DNA of 64,000 bases. It comes from Octopus sinensis. Its lineage: Eukaryota. Under the pieces are notes generated by a model that was not told the DNA's origin, did not search any database, and worked only from the letters and a program-made list of their open reading frames with translations. The translations under genes and the position numbers were made by a program. The DNA lies in contig NC_043020.1 in the NCBI RefSeq assembly GCF_006345805.1, positions 15,438,001 through 15,502,000 on the forward strand, given 5' to 3'. This document shows positions 40,713 through 55,724 of the stretch, in pieces (positions within the stretch are counted from its first letter, which is position 1; each line of letters begins with the position of its first letter).

Positions 40713-41267
40713 CCCTTTCGTTACCAACCCGGCTGAAACCGGCTCTGGCTCTGAGTACAAATGTCTTGTTTTCATAAGTTTTGAATTAAAATCTTCCACC
40801 AAACCTTAGTCACAATTAATGTTCCTAACTCTAGCTGAATGATAACTAAGTCATTTTACTAAATTCTTTGTTATCATCATCATCATCGTTTAACGTCCGT
40901 TTTCCATGCTAGCATGGGTTGGACAGTTCGACCGGGGTCTGGGAAGCCAGGAAGCTGCACAAGGCTCCAGTCTGATCTGGCAGTGTTTCTACAGCTGGAT
41001 ACCCTTCCTAATGCCAACAACTCCATGAGTGTAGTGGGTGCTTTTTATGTGCCACCGGCACAGAAGCCAGTCAAGGCGGCTCTGGCATTGGCCACATTCA
41101 GATGGTGCTTTTTACGTGCCACCGGCACAGGTATCACAACTACAATTTCCCTTTGATTTTGATTTTTGATTTTTTGATGTTGATGTGCTTGACTTAATAG
41201 GTCTCCTCAATTTAAAGTAATTGAAAGAAACACAGAGCATCTCAAAATAAATGCAGTAACGAAAGGG
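40713..41267. mobile_element. piggyBac-like MITE with a nested RTE-related repeat (about 40884-41150)
   Basis: TTAA-ccctttcgttac ... gtaacgaaaggg-TTAA. Confidence 0.8.
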
Positions 41268-42163
41268 TTAAATCCTTTCAAATTATAGGCACAAGACCTG
41301 AAATATTAGGCGAAAGTGTTAGCCAAGTGTTCAACTGGTCCTTGTTTTATTGACCCCAAAAGGATAAAGGGCAAGTTTGACTTTGGTAGCATTTGAACTC
41401 AGAATGTAAAAAAACTGAAACATACTGCAAAACATTTTGTCTGACACTCTAACAATTTTGCAAATTCACTATCCTTAAATGTGTCTTATTTTCTTATTGC
41501 CCACAAGGGGCTAAACATATAGGGGACAAGCAAGGACAAACAAAGGGATTAAGTCGATTACATCGACCCCTGTGTGTAACTGGTACTTAATTTATTGACC
41601 CTGAAAGGATGAAAGGCAAAGTCGACCTCGGCAGAATTTGAACTTAGAACGTAAACTAAATACCTATTTCTTAACTACCCACAAGGGGCTAAACACAGAG
41701 GGGATAAACAAGGACAGACAAACAGATTAAGTCGATTATATCGACCCCAGTGCATAACTGGTACTTATTTAATCGACCCCGAAAGGATGAAAGGCAAAGT
41801 CGACCCCGGCGGAATTTGAACTCAGAACGTAGCGGCAGACGAAATACTGCTAAGCATTTCACCTAGCGTGCTAACAATTCTGCCAGCTCGCTGCCTTATC
41901 CTTAATTGTTACTAACATTGGCACAAGACTCAGTAATTGGAAATTTATTTTATTGATCCTGGAGAGATCAAAGACACAGTTGGCCCGAGCAGGATTTGAA
42001 CATAAGAGGTAAAGAACCAAAAGCTAAATAGCACAAAATCCATTGGTCCTCTAACAATGTTACCAACTGTTTGAGTAATTTATTTACGTAATAACATATT
42101 AGTTAATGTCTGTCTTATTTAGTGGATGATGTGAGGCTGGTTTGTGCAGGCACATATATATAA

Positions 42164-42194
<31 letters not shown>

Positions 42195-42353
42195 GTGCTG
42201 GCATGGGTTGGACAGTTTGACAAGAGCTGGCAATTGAGAGGACTGTGTTAAGTTCTATTGTCTGTAATATATATATATATCCAATGGCCGGATAACTGAT
42301 TATGGATTATGGATTTCCACCTTGGCTGCTGAATAATTGTCACATATATTTAC

Positions 42354-42392
<39 letters not shown>

Positions 42393-42395
<3 letters not shown>

Positions 42396-42786
42396 TTATA
42401 TATAAAAGTGAAGTTGTGTGTCTGTCTCCTACGATTTAGATTCCTAACTACTCCCACATTTTGCGGTGCAGTTTAACCAAAACCGGGTATCTTATAGTCG
42501 TGATTCATATCGAGCCCTTCTGGGTATTAGCGCACGTCTACGATGAGTCTACGATTTAAAAAAAAATTTACCATCAGTTTTTTTCATTTTAGTGGATTTT
42601 ATCGCTATTATATAAGGGAAGTAACTCTCTAAAAATGTCTACGATGAGTCAACGATTTAAAAAAATTTACCATAATTTTTTCCCATTTTTAATGCATGTT
42701 TTTGCTATTTTTTGGCTATAACTCTCTAAAAATGCTTATATAGTTATTTCCCTTACAAACCCAAGCAATGCCGGGCGATACTGCTA

Positions 42787-42787
<1 letters not shown>
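42393..42787 (+). mobile_element. Non-autonomous Helitron (same family as 37615-37996)
   Basis: a-TCtttatatataaaa ... cccaagcaatgccggg..CTAG-t. Confidence 0.85.
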
Positions 42788-42818
<31 letters not shown>

Positions 42819-43472
42819 GTATGTATGTATCCTTCTAATTCCGTTTTCTCCCCCTCTCTCCTTCACCATTTTCTCTCTCTCTCCCTCTCTTCCCCTCTTT
42901 CCCTTTTCTCTCTTTCTCTCTCTCATTGCTCACATGTGACCTTTTTTCTTTCCCTGCACAAACATTTAAATAAGTGGATGTGTTTCTCTCTCTCTCTCTC
43001 CCAGCATTCACTATTTCACTATTTTCCTCTCGCTCTGGTCTAACGACCCTCCATGTTTGCTTTCGTTTGGTTTCCTTGAATGTCTCCACTGTCCTGCTTT
43101 TGTTCCCAAATTTGACCCTCCATAAATCCTAAATTTTTTTATTTTAGAATTTATAGAAGCAACTGTCTTTGAAGACTCACATTGTCATTGAATGATCGAA
43201 ATGAGGAGTAGATAGACAGCTGACAACTGAGGAAGGGTCCTTTCTCCGTGTTAACTTGTCCTGTTTTCCAGTTTTCTCTCATTGTTTATGTATTTCCCTC
43301 ATTTTTTCCTTGTTTATTTACATATTTCATATTTGCACTATTGGTGATAAACTGTACCCATATATGCAGTTGTTTCATTGTATTCCACCTGCCTTCGTCT
43401 TTTGTTTATTTTCATAAAGCTTACCGTTATATATATATATATATATTATATATCATTTATCATTTATTATAT

Positions 43473-43524
<52 letters not shown>

Positions 43525-43717
43525 TGCTTGACAACCGATGCTGGTGTGTTTACGTCCCCGTTACTTAGCGGTTTGGCAAAAGAGACCGATAGAATAAGTA
43601 CTGGGTTTACAAAAGAATAAGTCCCGGGGTCGAGTTGCTCGATTAAAGGCGGTGCTCCAGCATGGCCGCAGTCAAATGACTGAAACAAGTAAAAGAGTAA
43701 AAGAGTAAAGAGTATAT

Positions 43718-43763
<46 letters not shown>

Positions 43764-43780
43764 GCATACATACATGCATA

Positions 43781-43822
<42 letters not shown>

Positions 43823-44152
43823 TATGCGTGTGTATACATATATTCAATGGTTGCATGAGTATACACTTTTACTCAGGCCACTCTCCTTGCTCTTTCTTTC
43901 TCCTTCAGTCTCAACTCCTTGCCTGTCCAGCTACCCATTAACACCACACTACCACCACCGCCACACCACCACCACCACCACAACGCCTACCACCATCGCT
44001 AAAACAATTTAGTCCATTCAACAGACTTTTTTTTTCTTTTTAAGTTGTCACTGTTTATGTATAAACTGAAAATACAAGTTCTTGTCTAGTTTTACTAGTT
44101 TTTGTTCACCCTCTTTGTTTGTTTGAATGGTGTCCACAACATTGGTAGGGAC

Positions 44153-44750
44153 ATAGAAGAAGAAGAAGAAGAAGAAGAAGAAGGAGAAGGAGAAGGAGAA
44201 GAAGAAGAAGAAGAAGAAAAAAAGGGAGGAAGAAGAAGAAGAAGAAGAAGAAGGAAGAAGAAGAAGGAGAAGAAGAAGAAGAAGAAGGAGAAGAAGAAGA
44301 AGAAGGAGGAGGAGGAGGAGGAGAAGAAGAAGGAGGAGGAGGAGGAGAGAAGGAGGAGGAGGAGGAGAGGAAGAAGAAGAGGCAAAAAGGCGGCGGAGGA
44401 TGAGGAGGATGTGAAAGAGAAGGAGGAAGGAGGAGGAAGAGAAAAGAAGATAGAAAAAGGAGGAGGAAAACGAAGGAAACAATAACAGCAACAACAACAA
44501 TGATGATGATAATAATAATAATAAGAAGAAGGAGGTGGAGGAGGAGGAGGAGGAGAAAGAGAAAGGAGGAGAAAGTGAAAGAGAAGAGAAAGGAGGAGGA
44601 AGAGAAAAGAAGATAGAAAAAGGAGGAGGAGGAAAACGAAGGAAATAACAACAACAGCAACAACAACAATAATGATAATAATAATAATAATAATAATAAT
44701 AAGAAGAAGAAGAAGAAGAAGAAAAATAAGAAAAATGATGATGATGATTT
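44153..44750. repeat. (GAA)/(GGA)/(AAT) compound microsatellite
   Basis: Read directly from the sequence. Confidence 0.95.
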
Positions 44751-45085
44751 CTCTGTGTGAATGTGCATCACATCTAATTGGCCTTGGAAGCAAAACAAAA
44801 AAAAAATATATATATATAAAAGATCCTCGACAGCGTGAGATCTTAATCAGATGTGGCAGAAGATCACGTTTGCCCAAGTCTTGTTTCACTGGTTGATAAA
44901 ATTGAAAGTCACCATTAAGAATAGCCACAACGACAGTATTCAGTTACGTTTCTGAGTTCCATTTCTGGTGTGGTCAACACGACCTTTTTATCCCACCAAA
45001 AGCCATTAAAACAAGCACCAATCACTAAAAATACTCCTGAGTTCATGTAAACTCTATGACCTCATCTCATTGGGAGATAGTATCG

Positions 45086-45111
45086 TTGTCTTCTTCTTCT
45101 TCTTCTTCTCT

Positions 45112-45158
<47 letters not shown>

Positions 45159-45306
45159 TTCTTCTTCTTCCTCTTCCTCTTCTTCTTCTTCTTCTTCTTC
45201 TTCTTCTTCTTCTCCTTCTTCTTCTTCCTCTTCTTCTTCTTCCTCTTCTTTCTTCTTCTTCTCCTTCTTCTTCTTCTTCTCTTCTTCCTCTTCCTCTTCC
45301 TCTTCT

Positions 45307-45337
<31 letters not shown>

Positions 45338-45357
45338 TCTTCTTCGTCTTCTTCTTC
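45086..45357. repeat. (TTC)n microsatellite
   Basis: Read directly from the sequence. Confidence 0.95.
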
Positions 45358-46459
45358 CCATCAGGACTCATGCCATTAGCCACAAAGAACAATCTCTAAT
45401 TCGAGCCTACTCTAAGCTACTAAGAATGCTTGTGGCAACTTGAAGATCCACCCACCACACGCGATAGACTGGTGGTTGCACGACGTGAAAGCTCCGTTGT
45501 TATCGTCATTCCGTAAACAGTGGCTTTTAACAGGTGGAGAGCTGAACCCTTCTGGGGTACAGAGGATTCACAATCTAGACTAGGGTCTGAAAATTTACCA
45601 CACCATTGTGGGTTACACCAAGGTTCCTCTGCTTTGTGGCAGAAGTAGGAAGAAAGAGTGAGAGAAAGTTGGGATGAAAGAGTACAGTGGGGTTCACCCC
45701 CCCCCCACCTAAAAAGCTCCACGAGGCTCTGCAGGGATGGTGGTGATCCCTGCTGTACTCTTTCACCACAACTTTCTCCCACTCTTACTTCCTGTTTCTG
45801 TTGTACCTGTATTTCAAAGGGCCGGCCTTGTCACTCTCTGTGTCACGCTGAATATCCCCGAGAACTACGTTAAGGGTACACGTGTCTGTGGAGTGCTCAG
45901 CCACTTACACGTTAATTTCACGAGCAGTGCATAAGTGGTACTTAATTTATCGACCCTGAAAGGATGAAAGGCAAAGTCGACCTCGGTGGAATTTGAACTC
46001 AGAATGCAGCGGTGGACGAAATACCGCAAAGCATTTTGCCCGGCATGCTAACGTTTTTGCCAGCTCGCCGCCCTAAAATCATATATAAAATCATATAATA
46101 GTAATAATAATGATGATGATGATGATGATGGTGATGATAATCACTAAGGGTTCTCACAAAGTGTAAAGAATTGTACAGAGTATCATCATTATCATCATCA
46201 TTTAACATCATCCGTTTTTCCATGCTGGCATGAGTTGGACAGTTACGTTCTGATTTCAAGTTCTACCAAAGTCAACTTTACCTTTCAACCTTTCAGGGTC
46301 AGGGTCAGGGTCAGTAAAAGTAAGTATCAGTTGAGCAATGGGGTTGATATAATCCACTTACCTCTCCCCCTCACACATTTCAGGCTTTGCGCCTATAATA
46401 AACAGGATTATTTTTAATGCTGTTGCTGCTGGTGGTGGTGGTGTTGTCGTTGCCATAGT

Positions 46460-46589
46460 TGTTGCTCTTGTTGTTGTTGTTGTCATTATTATTTTTATTA
46501 TTTTTATCATCATCATCATCATTATTATTATTATATTATTATTATTATTATTATTATTATTTTTATCATCATATCATCATCATCATCAT

Positions 46590-46654
<65 letters not shown>

Positions 46655-46712
46655 ATCATCATCATCATCATCATCATCATCATATTATTATTATATATTA
46701 TTATTATTATTA

Positions 46713-46746
<34 letters not shown>

Positions 46747-46894
46747 GTTATTATTATTGTTATCATTATTGTTATCATTGTTATTATTATTATTATTATT
46801 ATTGTTATTATTATTATTATTGTTGATATTATTATTATTATTATTATTTTTATCATCATTATTATTATTATTATTATTATTATTGTTATTATTA

Positions 46895-46931
<37 letters not shown>

Positions 46932-46990
46932 CCTTATCATTATTATTATTATTATTATTATTGTTATTATTGTTATCATTATTGTTATCA

Positions 46991-47034
<44 letters not shown>

Positions 47035-47047
47035 GTTATTATTATTA

Positions 47048-47084
<37 letters not shown>

Positions 47085-47226
47085 CCTTATCATTATTATT
47101 ATTATTATTATTATTGTTATTATTGTTATCATTATTGTTATCATTGTTATTATTATTATTATTATTATTGTTATTATTATTATTGTTATTATTATTATTA
47201 TTATTATTATCATTATTATTATTATC
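46460..47226. repeat. (ATT)/(ATC)/(GTT) compound microsatellite
   Basis: Read directly from the sequence. Confidence 0.95.
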
Positions 47227-47753
47227 ATTTCAGACGATGAATATAGCAAGAAGAAAGTTCCAAGTGTAATTTATCAAGTGATCCTGTTTTGAGGATTCAA
47301 AGTGCAAGACTGTAAACTGTAAATATCAAAATGGAAACATCACACTTGCACAGCTGACTGCTGCTGCTGCTACTACTACAACAACAACTACTACTACTAC
47401 TACTACTACTACTACAATATAAAATAGCCTTCACGAAAACCAGGCAAAAATAGCAAAACAAAAAAAAAACTAATGGGTGCCTGGATTGGCAGAATTGTTA
47501 GAGGATTGTACAAAATGCCTTGTAGTATACATTCTGAGTTCAGTTCCTGCTGGGGTCAATTTTTGCCTTTCTTCCCTCCACGGTCAATAAAGTAAAGTAC
47601 CTGTAAAGCACTCAAATCAATGGTATCAATTAACACCTAACCCCTCAAAATAGCTGACCTGGTACCAAAATTAGAAAGTATTATATTCATTATTATTTAT
47701 TATTATTATTATCATTATTATTATTATCATTATTATTATTATCATTATTATTA

Positions 47754-47796
<43 letters not shown>

Positions 47797-47816
47797 CATC
47801 ATTATTATTATTATCA

Positions 47817-47847
<31 letters not shown>

Positions 47848-47851
47848 GATT

Positions 47852-48300
47852 AAGGCAGTGAGTTTGCAGAATTGTTAGCATGCTTAATGAAATGCTTAGC
47901 AATATTTTGCCCATCACTATGTTCCGAGTTCAAACTCCACCGAGGTTGACTTTGCCTTTCATCCTTTTGCGGGTCAGTAAATTAAGTACCAGTGAAACAC
48001 TAGAGTCAATGTAATCAACTAGTCACCACCAACAAATTTCAGGCCTTGTGCCTATAGCAGAAAGGATTATTATTATTTTTATTAAGGCAGCGAGCTGGCA
48101 GAATTGTTAGCATGCTGGGTGAAATGCTTAGCGGTATTTCATCCATCTTCTTGCCCTGAGTTCATATTCTGCCGAGTTGGCTTTGCCTTTCATCATTTTG
48201 GGGTTGATAAAATAAGTACCTGTCAAGCACTGGGGTTGACATTATCAACTACCTCCTCCCCCAAATTTCAGGCCTTCTGCCTATAGTAATAAGGATTATT
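47852..48300 (+). mobile_element. Two tandem CpG-decayed SINE A copies
   Basis: Family A sequence with most CG changed to TG or CA. Confidence 0.8.
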
Positions 48301-49533
48301 TGGTCGGTCCGAGGCTATAGTAGAAGACACTTGCCCAAGCTGTCACACAGTGAGAATGAACCTGGAACCATGTGGTTAGTAAGCAAGCTACTTACCACAC
48401 AGCCACTCAAAGTTTATTTTACCAACAGTTGACATTTCTACATCAGTCAAAAAAAAAAACTCTTTCACTTGCAAAGTTATTGCTATGCATCTACTAGTTT
48501 CAGTTGATAGTCATAGATGTTTACATCTATGACACGTAAAAAGCACCAACCGATCGTGGCCATTGCCAGCCTCCTCTGGCCCCTGTGCCGGTGGCACGTA
48601 AAAAGCACCCACTACACTCTCGGAGTGGTTGGCATTAGGAAGGGCATCCAGCTGTAGAAACACTGCCAAAATCAGACTGGAGCCTGGTGAAGCCAGTCTG
48701 GCTTTCCAGACCCCGGTCGACTTGTCCAACCCATGTTAGCATGGAAAACGGACATTAAACGATGATTATGATGATGATGATGATGATGATGATGTTGAGT
48801 TATATAACTCATTGAAAAAGACATGGTACCATGACTATGTAAGTGATAGAGCAGAAATTAATATAGTATAGTAGAGTTCATCTCACTCCAAGCTATATTA
48901 TACTGGTAATATTAATGTTTAGCACCAGACCTATGCTCATTGAATAGTCTTATGGTTATACTTATTTTTTTTCTTGGCACAATGTACCTAAGACCACATT
49001 CTCTAATATATATTTTATTCAAATGATAAGCTGTGATTTGAGGGAAATTTAGTTGCTATCTCTTGCTGGCCAAGTGACTGCCTAGAGGCTTCCTCATTAG
49101 CTCTTAATGCCAAAGATATTTCTCGCCACAATGACAATCAAGACCACTTTTGTAGAAGATACTGACAGAAGGCCTAGTTGAGGACTAGTTGTTTGTTGTT
49201 TTTCTTTTTCTTTTCATTGTGATACCTTTATGGATGTAGTAGCTTTATTAAATCAGTCTCTGGAGTACTATTGGCATTTCTGTTTTTCAATGATTTCATC
49301 CAAGAGAGAGATGGTAAATTTGATGACTGTCATCCCTTTCAGATGATATTAAGTGATATTAGGACACAAAACTTTGCATGCTTACATGTATAGTTCTCTA
49401 CTTCCACAATCTATCCATCCATCAATCCATCCATCCATCCTCCTCCTCCCAAACAACAGAGGAAACCAACATAGGTAGAACACATTCAGATGAACAGAAG
49501 CTGTTGTGGCAGAGGTAGGAGAGGAAACACAGA

Positions 49534-49622
<89 letters not shown>

Positions 49623-50253
49623 CACAGCTTGTTAGTTGAATAGATGTACAATGTTAGTAAGTGAAGGTAGTCCCAGATCAATCCTGATCAAGAAAAAAAG
49701 ACTACCTAACGAAGACATTCCAATCAGGACCATCCTGTCTCTTTAGGGTATCTAGGAACATTATCCTAAGATGTTGCTCTTCCTTCTCTCAAGATGTTAA
49801 GGTGGGATTTGTGTGGAAACTTGGTTGCTATTTCTAGCATGTTGAGCGACCATGTATAAGTGTCCTGAATGGGCCAAAACAATTGGTTTTGTTGTTGTTT
49901 AACCTCAGGCTAGCTATGATCAAGCAGACTTATGGTCAAAACCATTTCAGCTGTGCTAAATCTGTCTCTTAATGGGCATCTGGTCTATTTTAGAGAAGCA
50001 AAGATATTTTTGAAAAGTTAATAATAATAATCTTTTCTACTCTAGTTACAAGGCCCAAAATTTTTAGGTAGGGGGCCAGTTGATTAGATCAACCCCAGTA
50101 CACAACTGGTACTTAATTTATCGACCCCCGAAAGAATGAAAAGCAAAGCCAACCATGGCGAAATTTGAACTCAGAACTTAAAGACAGACGAAATACCACT
50201 AAGAATTTCGTCTTGCATGCTAACGTTTCTGCCAGCTCACCACTATAATAATA

Positions 50254-50512
50254 GTGGTCAATGCAGAGAGTAGACGCGACACCAATGGTAACTGGTGCAC
50301 TTGAAAGTATCAGCGCTCAACTACCAGCATGGCTGAAAGAGATCGGAACAAATGTGAAGGTAGAATGCCTACAAAAATCAGCATTACTTGGAACTGCAAG
50401 AATTCTTCAAAAGGTTCTTGAAGCATGACCAGTAAAACAAGTGTCACCTTAGTCTGCTGGCTGTGGAGAGCTGGCACTTTCCATCATACCCAACAACATA
50501 AGCTGTGAATTT
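50254..50512 (+). mobile_element. R4/Dong-clade 3' fragment (third subfamily)
   Basis: WSMQRVDATPMVTGAL...LQKSALLGTARILQKVLEA then stop; flanked by taataata runs. Confidence 0.75.
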
Positions 50513-51005
50513 TAATAAATAATAATAATAATAGTGAAGGCGCATGGCTCAGTGGTTAGAGTGTTGAGCTTATGATTGTGAAGTTGTGAGCTCGAATCCC
50601 AGACCGGGCTGCATGTTGTGTTCTTGAGCAAGACACTTTATTTCACGTTGCTCCAGTTCACTCAGCTGTAGAAATGAGTTGCGATGTCACTGATGCCAAG
50701 CTGTATTGGCCTTTGCCTTTCCGTTGGATAACACTGGTGGTATTCCATAAACAACCTTGCCTGGACTTGTGCCTGGGAAGGTAACTTTCTAGGTGCAATC
50801 CTATGGTCTGTGTCATGACCGAAGGGGGTCTCAGAATAATAATAATAATAATAATTCTTTCTACAACAGGCACATGGCCTGAAATTTTTGAGGGAAATTT
50901 TTGTGGGGCTAGTTAATTACATCAATCACAGTGCTCAACTGGTACATATTTTATCGACTATGAAGGCATGAAAGGCAAAGTCAACATCAATAGAATCTGA
51001 ACTCA

Positions 51006-51040
<35 letters not shown>

Positions 51041-53599
51041 CAACAATAATAGTAATAATAATAATGATGATGATAAAGATGTACCTACTCTTATTGACCA
51101 CACCCAATGCCATGCCATCCCCAGCCTCTCAAAATTCAAGAAATCTCAGATAATTGCTCAAAAAAATGTTTACATATTTTTGTTTATTTGTAGATTTTGT
51201 GTTGTTGGATTTTTAAATAAATATTTGCTCATTACAAGTGACCACACATACATAATATACACACATATACATACACACAGGTAGGCAGGCTTGGTTACTC
51301 ACATTCACACACAGACACTTGCATAGACAGGCTCACACATACTGTTTTGTGTAGATGAGGCTTGCACACCTCCATGCAAATTCACTCAAACACACTCACA
51401 CACATTTAAATTGTGAATGAGAAATAAATTTTGTGCTGTCTCATCCAATTCTTTCTTGGGTCATGAAAATTGTGGTCACATGTTTCGTGCCCAGACATTC
51501 AGTCATCAAACACAAATTTATTTTACTATTCAAATGAAAATAAAATTAATACAAAATAAGCCTTTTTTTTCAAAATAACTGAAATATATTTTACTGGAAA
51601 AATAATGTTCTTTTACCGAAGGAAAAAACTCCAGAAAATATGGATTATATATATTAATCAAGCAATGGAACATTTGATGATGTAAAGCTTGTTGGTGAAA
51701 AAGCATGGCAGTGAAAATTTTGGAGACAAAATGTCTGGCTGTGAAAACTCTTTAAATGGAAAAGCTTGTCAGTGAAAAGTGCCAGCAACACTAAAGTTGG
51801 CAATGGAAAATCTACCAAAGAAAAATTTGGCAACAAAAACTGTTGATGAAAAGTCCATCAAGGCTGAAGCTTAATTACTAAACACCCACTTTAATAAAAA
51901 CTTGTCATATACTCAGTAAATAATATGAGTACAAAAAGTTACTACACACTCAGTAGAAACACGATATTAAATTATATATATATATATAAAAACTGCATAT
52001 CTAAAAAAGGTTAAATGAGTACAAGATTGACTATATCATATCAAAAAATCGATCATTTGTCCAATCACAATTGACTCTTCCAGTCAAACATTGACCATAT
52101 ATCCAGTCAATAACAAACCATACTCAAAAACTGATCATCTATCTTTGTGTACTTGAAAACTGGCCACACATCCAGTCAAAAACTAACCACAAATTTACTG
52201 ATACTTGCCACAATCAACACACACAAAATTAAAAAACTGATGACATGTATGTAGTCAAAAATTATTCAATCAAAAGAAATCAATATATAACAAACTATCA
52301 TCTACAATTTTACTCCCTTTCTTATCATGTATTTTTGGCTTGTTTTATTTTAATTTAATTCATTTTTATTTTCTTTTTCATTCACCATCACTCGCCACCC
52401 AGTGAACTTAACCATCACATAGCACCTATTCTTGCAGCAGTGAAGTATAGCATTGTATAGTACCCTATGCTCTTGCAGTTGTGAACTAAACTACTGTGTA
52501 GTACCCCACATACAGCTAGATGTACTGTACCATAAATAAATTATGGGCCTGTGGGCCTATTAACAAAACACACTGTTCATGAATGGACGAGAATTACCCA
52601 GTTCTTGGTTGCGTGGTAATCACTTATTTAGTAGGAAGGAAAAAGAAGGGGAAAACTGTTCCAGTACACCAATATATATATATATGATATGTATGCATGT
52701 ATGTATGCACGCATACATATATATGTATGTATATATGCACGTGTATATATATATATATATATGTATATGTATATATACTTATATCTATCTATACGCACAC
52801 ACATATACATGTGTGTGAAATGTAACTTAAAAGAAAGAGGGTGAGTGAGAGATTTATTGTGTCTCTGCCATACTGAAATGAGAAAATATGCAAAATATAC
52901 GGCAAACCAGAGAAACAATTGTAAATATATAAAGAGGTTGTATGTAAAAGATCATAATTCCTTGAACACATTTTTTAAATTTATAAAATACGTATGTGAA
53001 AATGTATGAAAATAAAATTTTAAATATATATAAAAAAGAAATTACATTTTGTATTTTTTATGATGTTCAAGCTTCAAATTAAATATTCTTCTTATGTGAC
53101 TATGTACATGCATGCATATGAATGTATAGAAGAATGTATGTTTGTATGTATGTATATGTATCACTATAGTGGTGCTACAGCAACAAGATTTAAGTCAAGA
53201 TTGCATAACCATTTAAAATCTTTCAAATATAAAAAACTTACAATACATTTTTTTGGCAACTCTAATCTGTTAATTGAAGAACAATATTAAGTATTCAATC
53301 TCATGGTCAATCATATGAACTGCTCTTTCTTATAAGGGTGTAAATATTTTTTGTAATTTCTGCTTAATAGAAAGTATTGATATCCTCAAATGCAGAACTA
53401 GTAGATTTAATAAATTTGGTGAATTATAAGATGTCCTTAAAAAATACTAGTCGTTTTTTAAATTCATCACCCTAATGCATAAGTAGTATTAAATTCTTTG
53501 TTAATTATTGTTTTATGAATGATATACACTTAAAATTACATAATTATATAATTATAAAATTATAATTTATCCAAATTCTTACTATTTCCTTTTTATATA

Positions 53600-53855
53600 C
53601 TCTTTTACTTGTTTCAGTCATTTGACTGTGGCCATGCTGGAGCACCGCCTTTAGTCGAGCAAATCGACCCCAGGACTCATTCTTTGTAAGCCCAGCACTT
53701 ATTCTATCGGTCTCTTCTGCCGAACCGCTAAGTTACGGGGACATAGACACACCAGCATCGGTTGTCAAGCGATGTTGAGGTGGAGGGACAAACACAGACA
53801 CACAAACGTATACACGCACATACATATACATATATATATATATATATATAGATAT

Positions 53856-53912
<57 letters not shown>

Positions 53913-54075
53913 TACGACGGGCTTCTTTCAGTTTCCGTCTACCAAATCCACTCACAAGGCTTTGGTCGGCCCGAGGCTATAGTAGAAGACACTTGCCCAA
54001 GGTGCCACGTAGTGGGACTGAAACCGGAATCATGTGGTTTGTAAGCAATCTACTTACCACACAGCCACTCCTCCT
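53600..54075 (-). mobile_element. SINE family B
   Basis: Matches 9836-10246; another copy lies at 55290-55680. Confidence 0.85.
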
Positions 54076-55724
54076 ACGCATATAGTTTTGCATTTCTTGA
54101 AACAAAACCACACAAAAAATTTCTTAAATAGTAGTGACTATCAGGGCTGGATTTATAGAGGGTCGAGGAGGGTAGGTGGTCCAGGCATCTACAGATATAG
54201 AGCTCTCCTGCTATGAAGGGTATGTAGCACTCAGTATAGAGAGCTCCCACCTCTCAGCAATCTTGCATACAGAGGCTCTCTTTCAATAAACAAACATATT
54301 GTAAAAAATGTAACCATCCCTCTTTTTTGATAAATAACCAGTTTTAACTACATTAGTGACATCAATTCATTCAATTATTCCAAAAACAGCCACAATTCCC
54401 ATGAGTTCCTTTTGGGATATTGACAGAAAATCAACAAAAGACTCCAAAAATGTATGTATGTATCAGTGAGTGTATGTTTGTGTGTGTGTGTGTGTCTGTG
54501 TGTGAGAGAGAGAGACAGAGGGACCGAGAGAGAGAGAGGGACCGAGAGAGAGAGAGAGTATGGATGTATATAAAGATAAGTTTCTTTATTGGCCACACAG
54601 GGCTGCACACAGATGGGACAAGTTACAAGGTAGAGCTTTTCTTTTGGGGGATGAAAAAAACAAAAAACCAAAGAAACAAAAAAAAAGGGGTGGCGTAGGT
54701 TTTCGAAAAGGGAAGAAAAGAACAAAAAAAAAATAATAATAAAAAATAAAAATAAAAAAAAGAAAATGAAAAGGAACAAAAGAAAACAGAAATGAAAAAA
54801 GAAAAAAGGGGAAAAAAAGGGGAGAGAGATTGATAGAAAGAAGTTATCACCTCTAGTTCAAACTCTTTCTTTCAATACATGACTGAGCACAGTAACCTTA
54901 GATTGACTACTGGCCATTAAACACACACACACAAACACACACACTCACACACACACACGCACACACACACACATACACACACACACACACAACACACACA
55001 CACACACACACACAGAGGCATACACATATATTGTCATCGTAAACTTCATTATTTCAGTGAGGCATTGGAAACTGGTCTTATTTTAGGAAAGAGCAAGTAA
55101 GTATTGTATAAATGTTCCAAAATTTTAATTTGCTAGGAATCTTGTTACTTTTCTGTTTTGAGATTCTGGTGCCAGACACGAGGGAACCTCTGCACAACAC
55201 TTGAATTCGAACTCTTTCAACATTATTTCGGCAGACAACGAACGATAATTTTTAGTCACCTCTGTATTTATATCTCTTTACTCTTTTTTTTTACTCTTTT
55301 TACTTGTTTCAGTCATTTGACTGCGGCCATGCTGGAGCACCGCCTTTAGTCGAGCAAATCGACCCCGGGACTTATTCTATCGGTCTCTTTTGCCGAACCG
55401 CTAAGTGACGGGGACGTAAACACACCAGCATCGGTTGTCAAGCAATGCTAGGGGAACAAACACAGACACACAAACATATTCACACACACTTATATATATA
55501 TACATACATACGACAGGCTTCTTTCAGTTTCCGTCTATCAAATCCACTCACAAGGCATTGGTCGGCCCGGGGCTATAGCAGAAGACACTTGCCCAAGATG
55601 CCACGCAGTGGGACTGAACCCGGAACCATGTGGTTGGTTAGCAAGCTACTTACCAAACAGCCACTCCTGCGCCTATATCCTTCTTATTCCACAGAATTAT
55701 TAAAGACGATCAGTTTCGATTGAA

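Noticed and set aside
44048-47292. Long poly-Leu/Ile/Glu/Lys ORFs, and YI/HT/CV dipeptide ORFs elsewhere
   Set aside because: They are translations of microsatellites.
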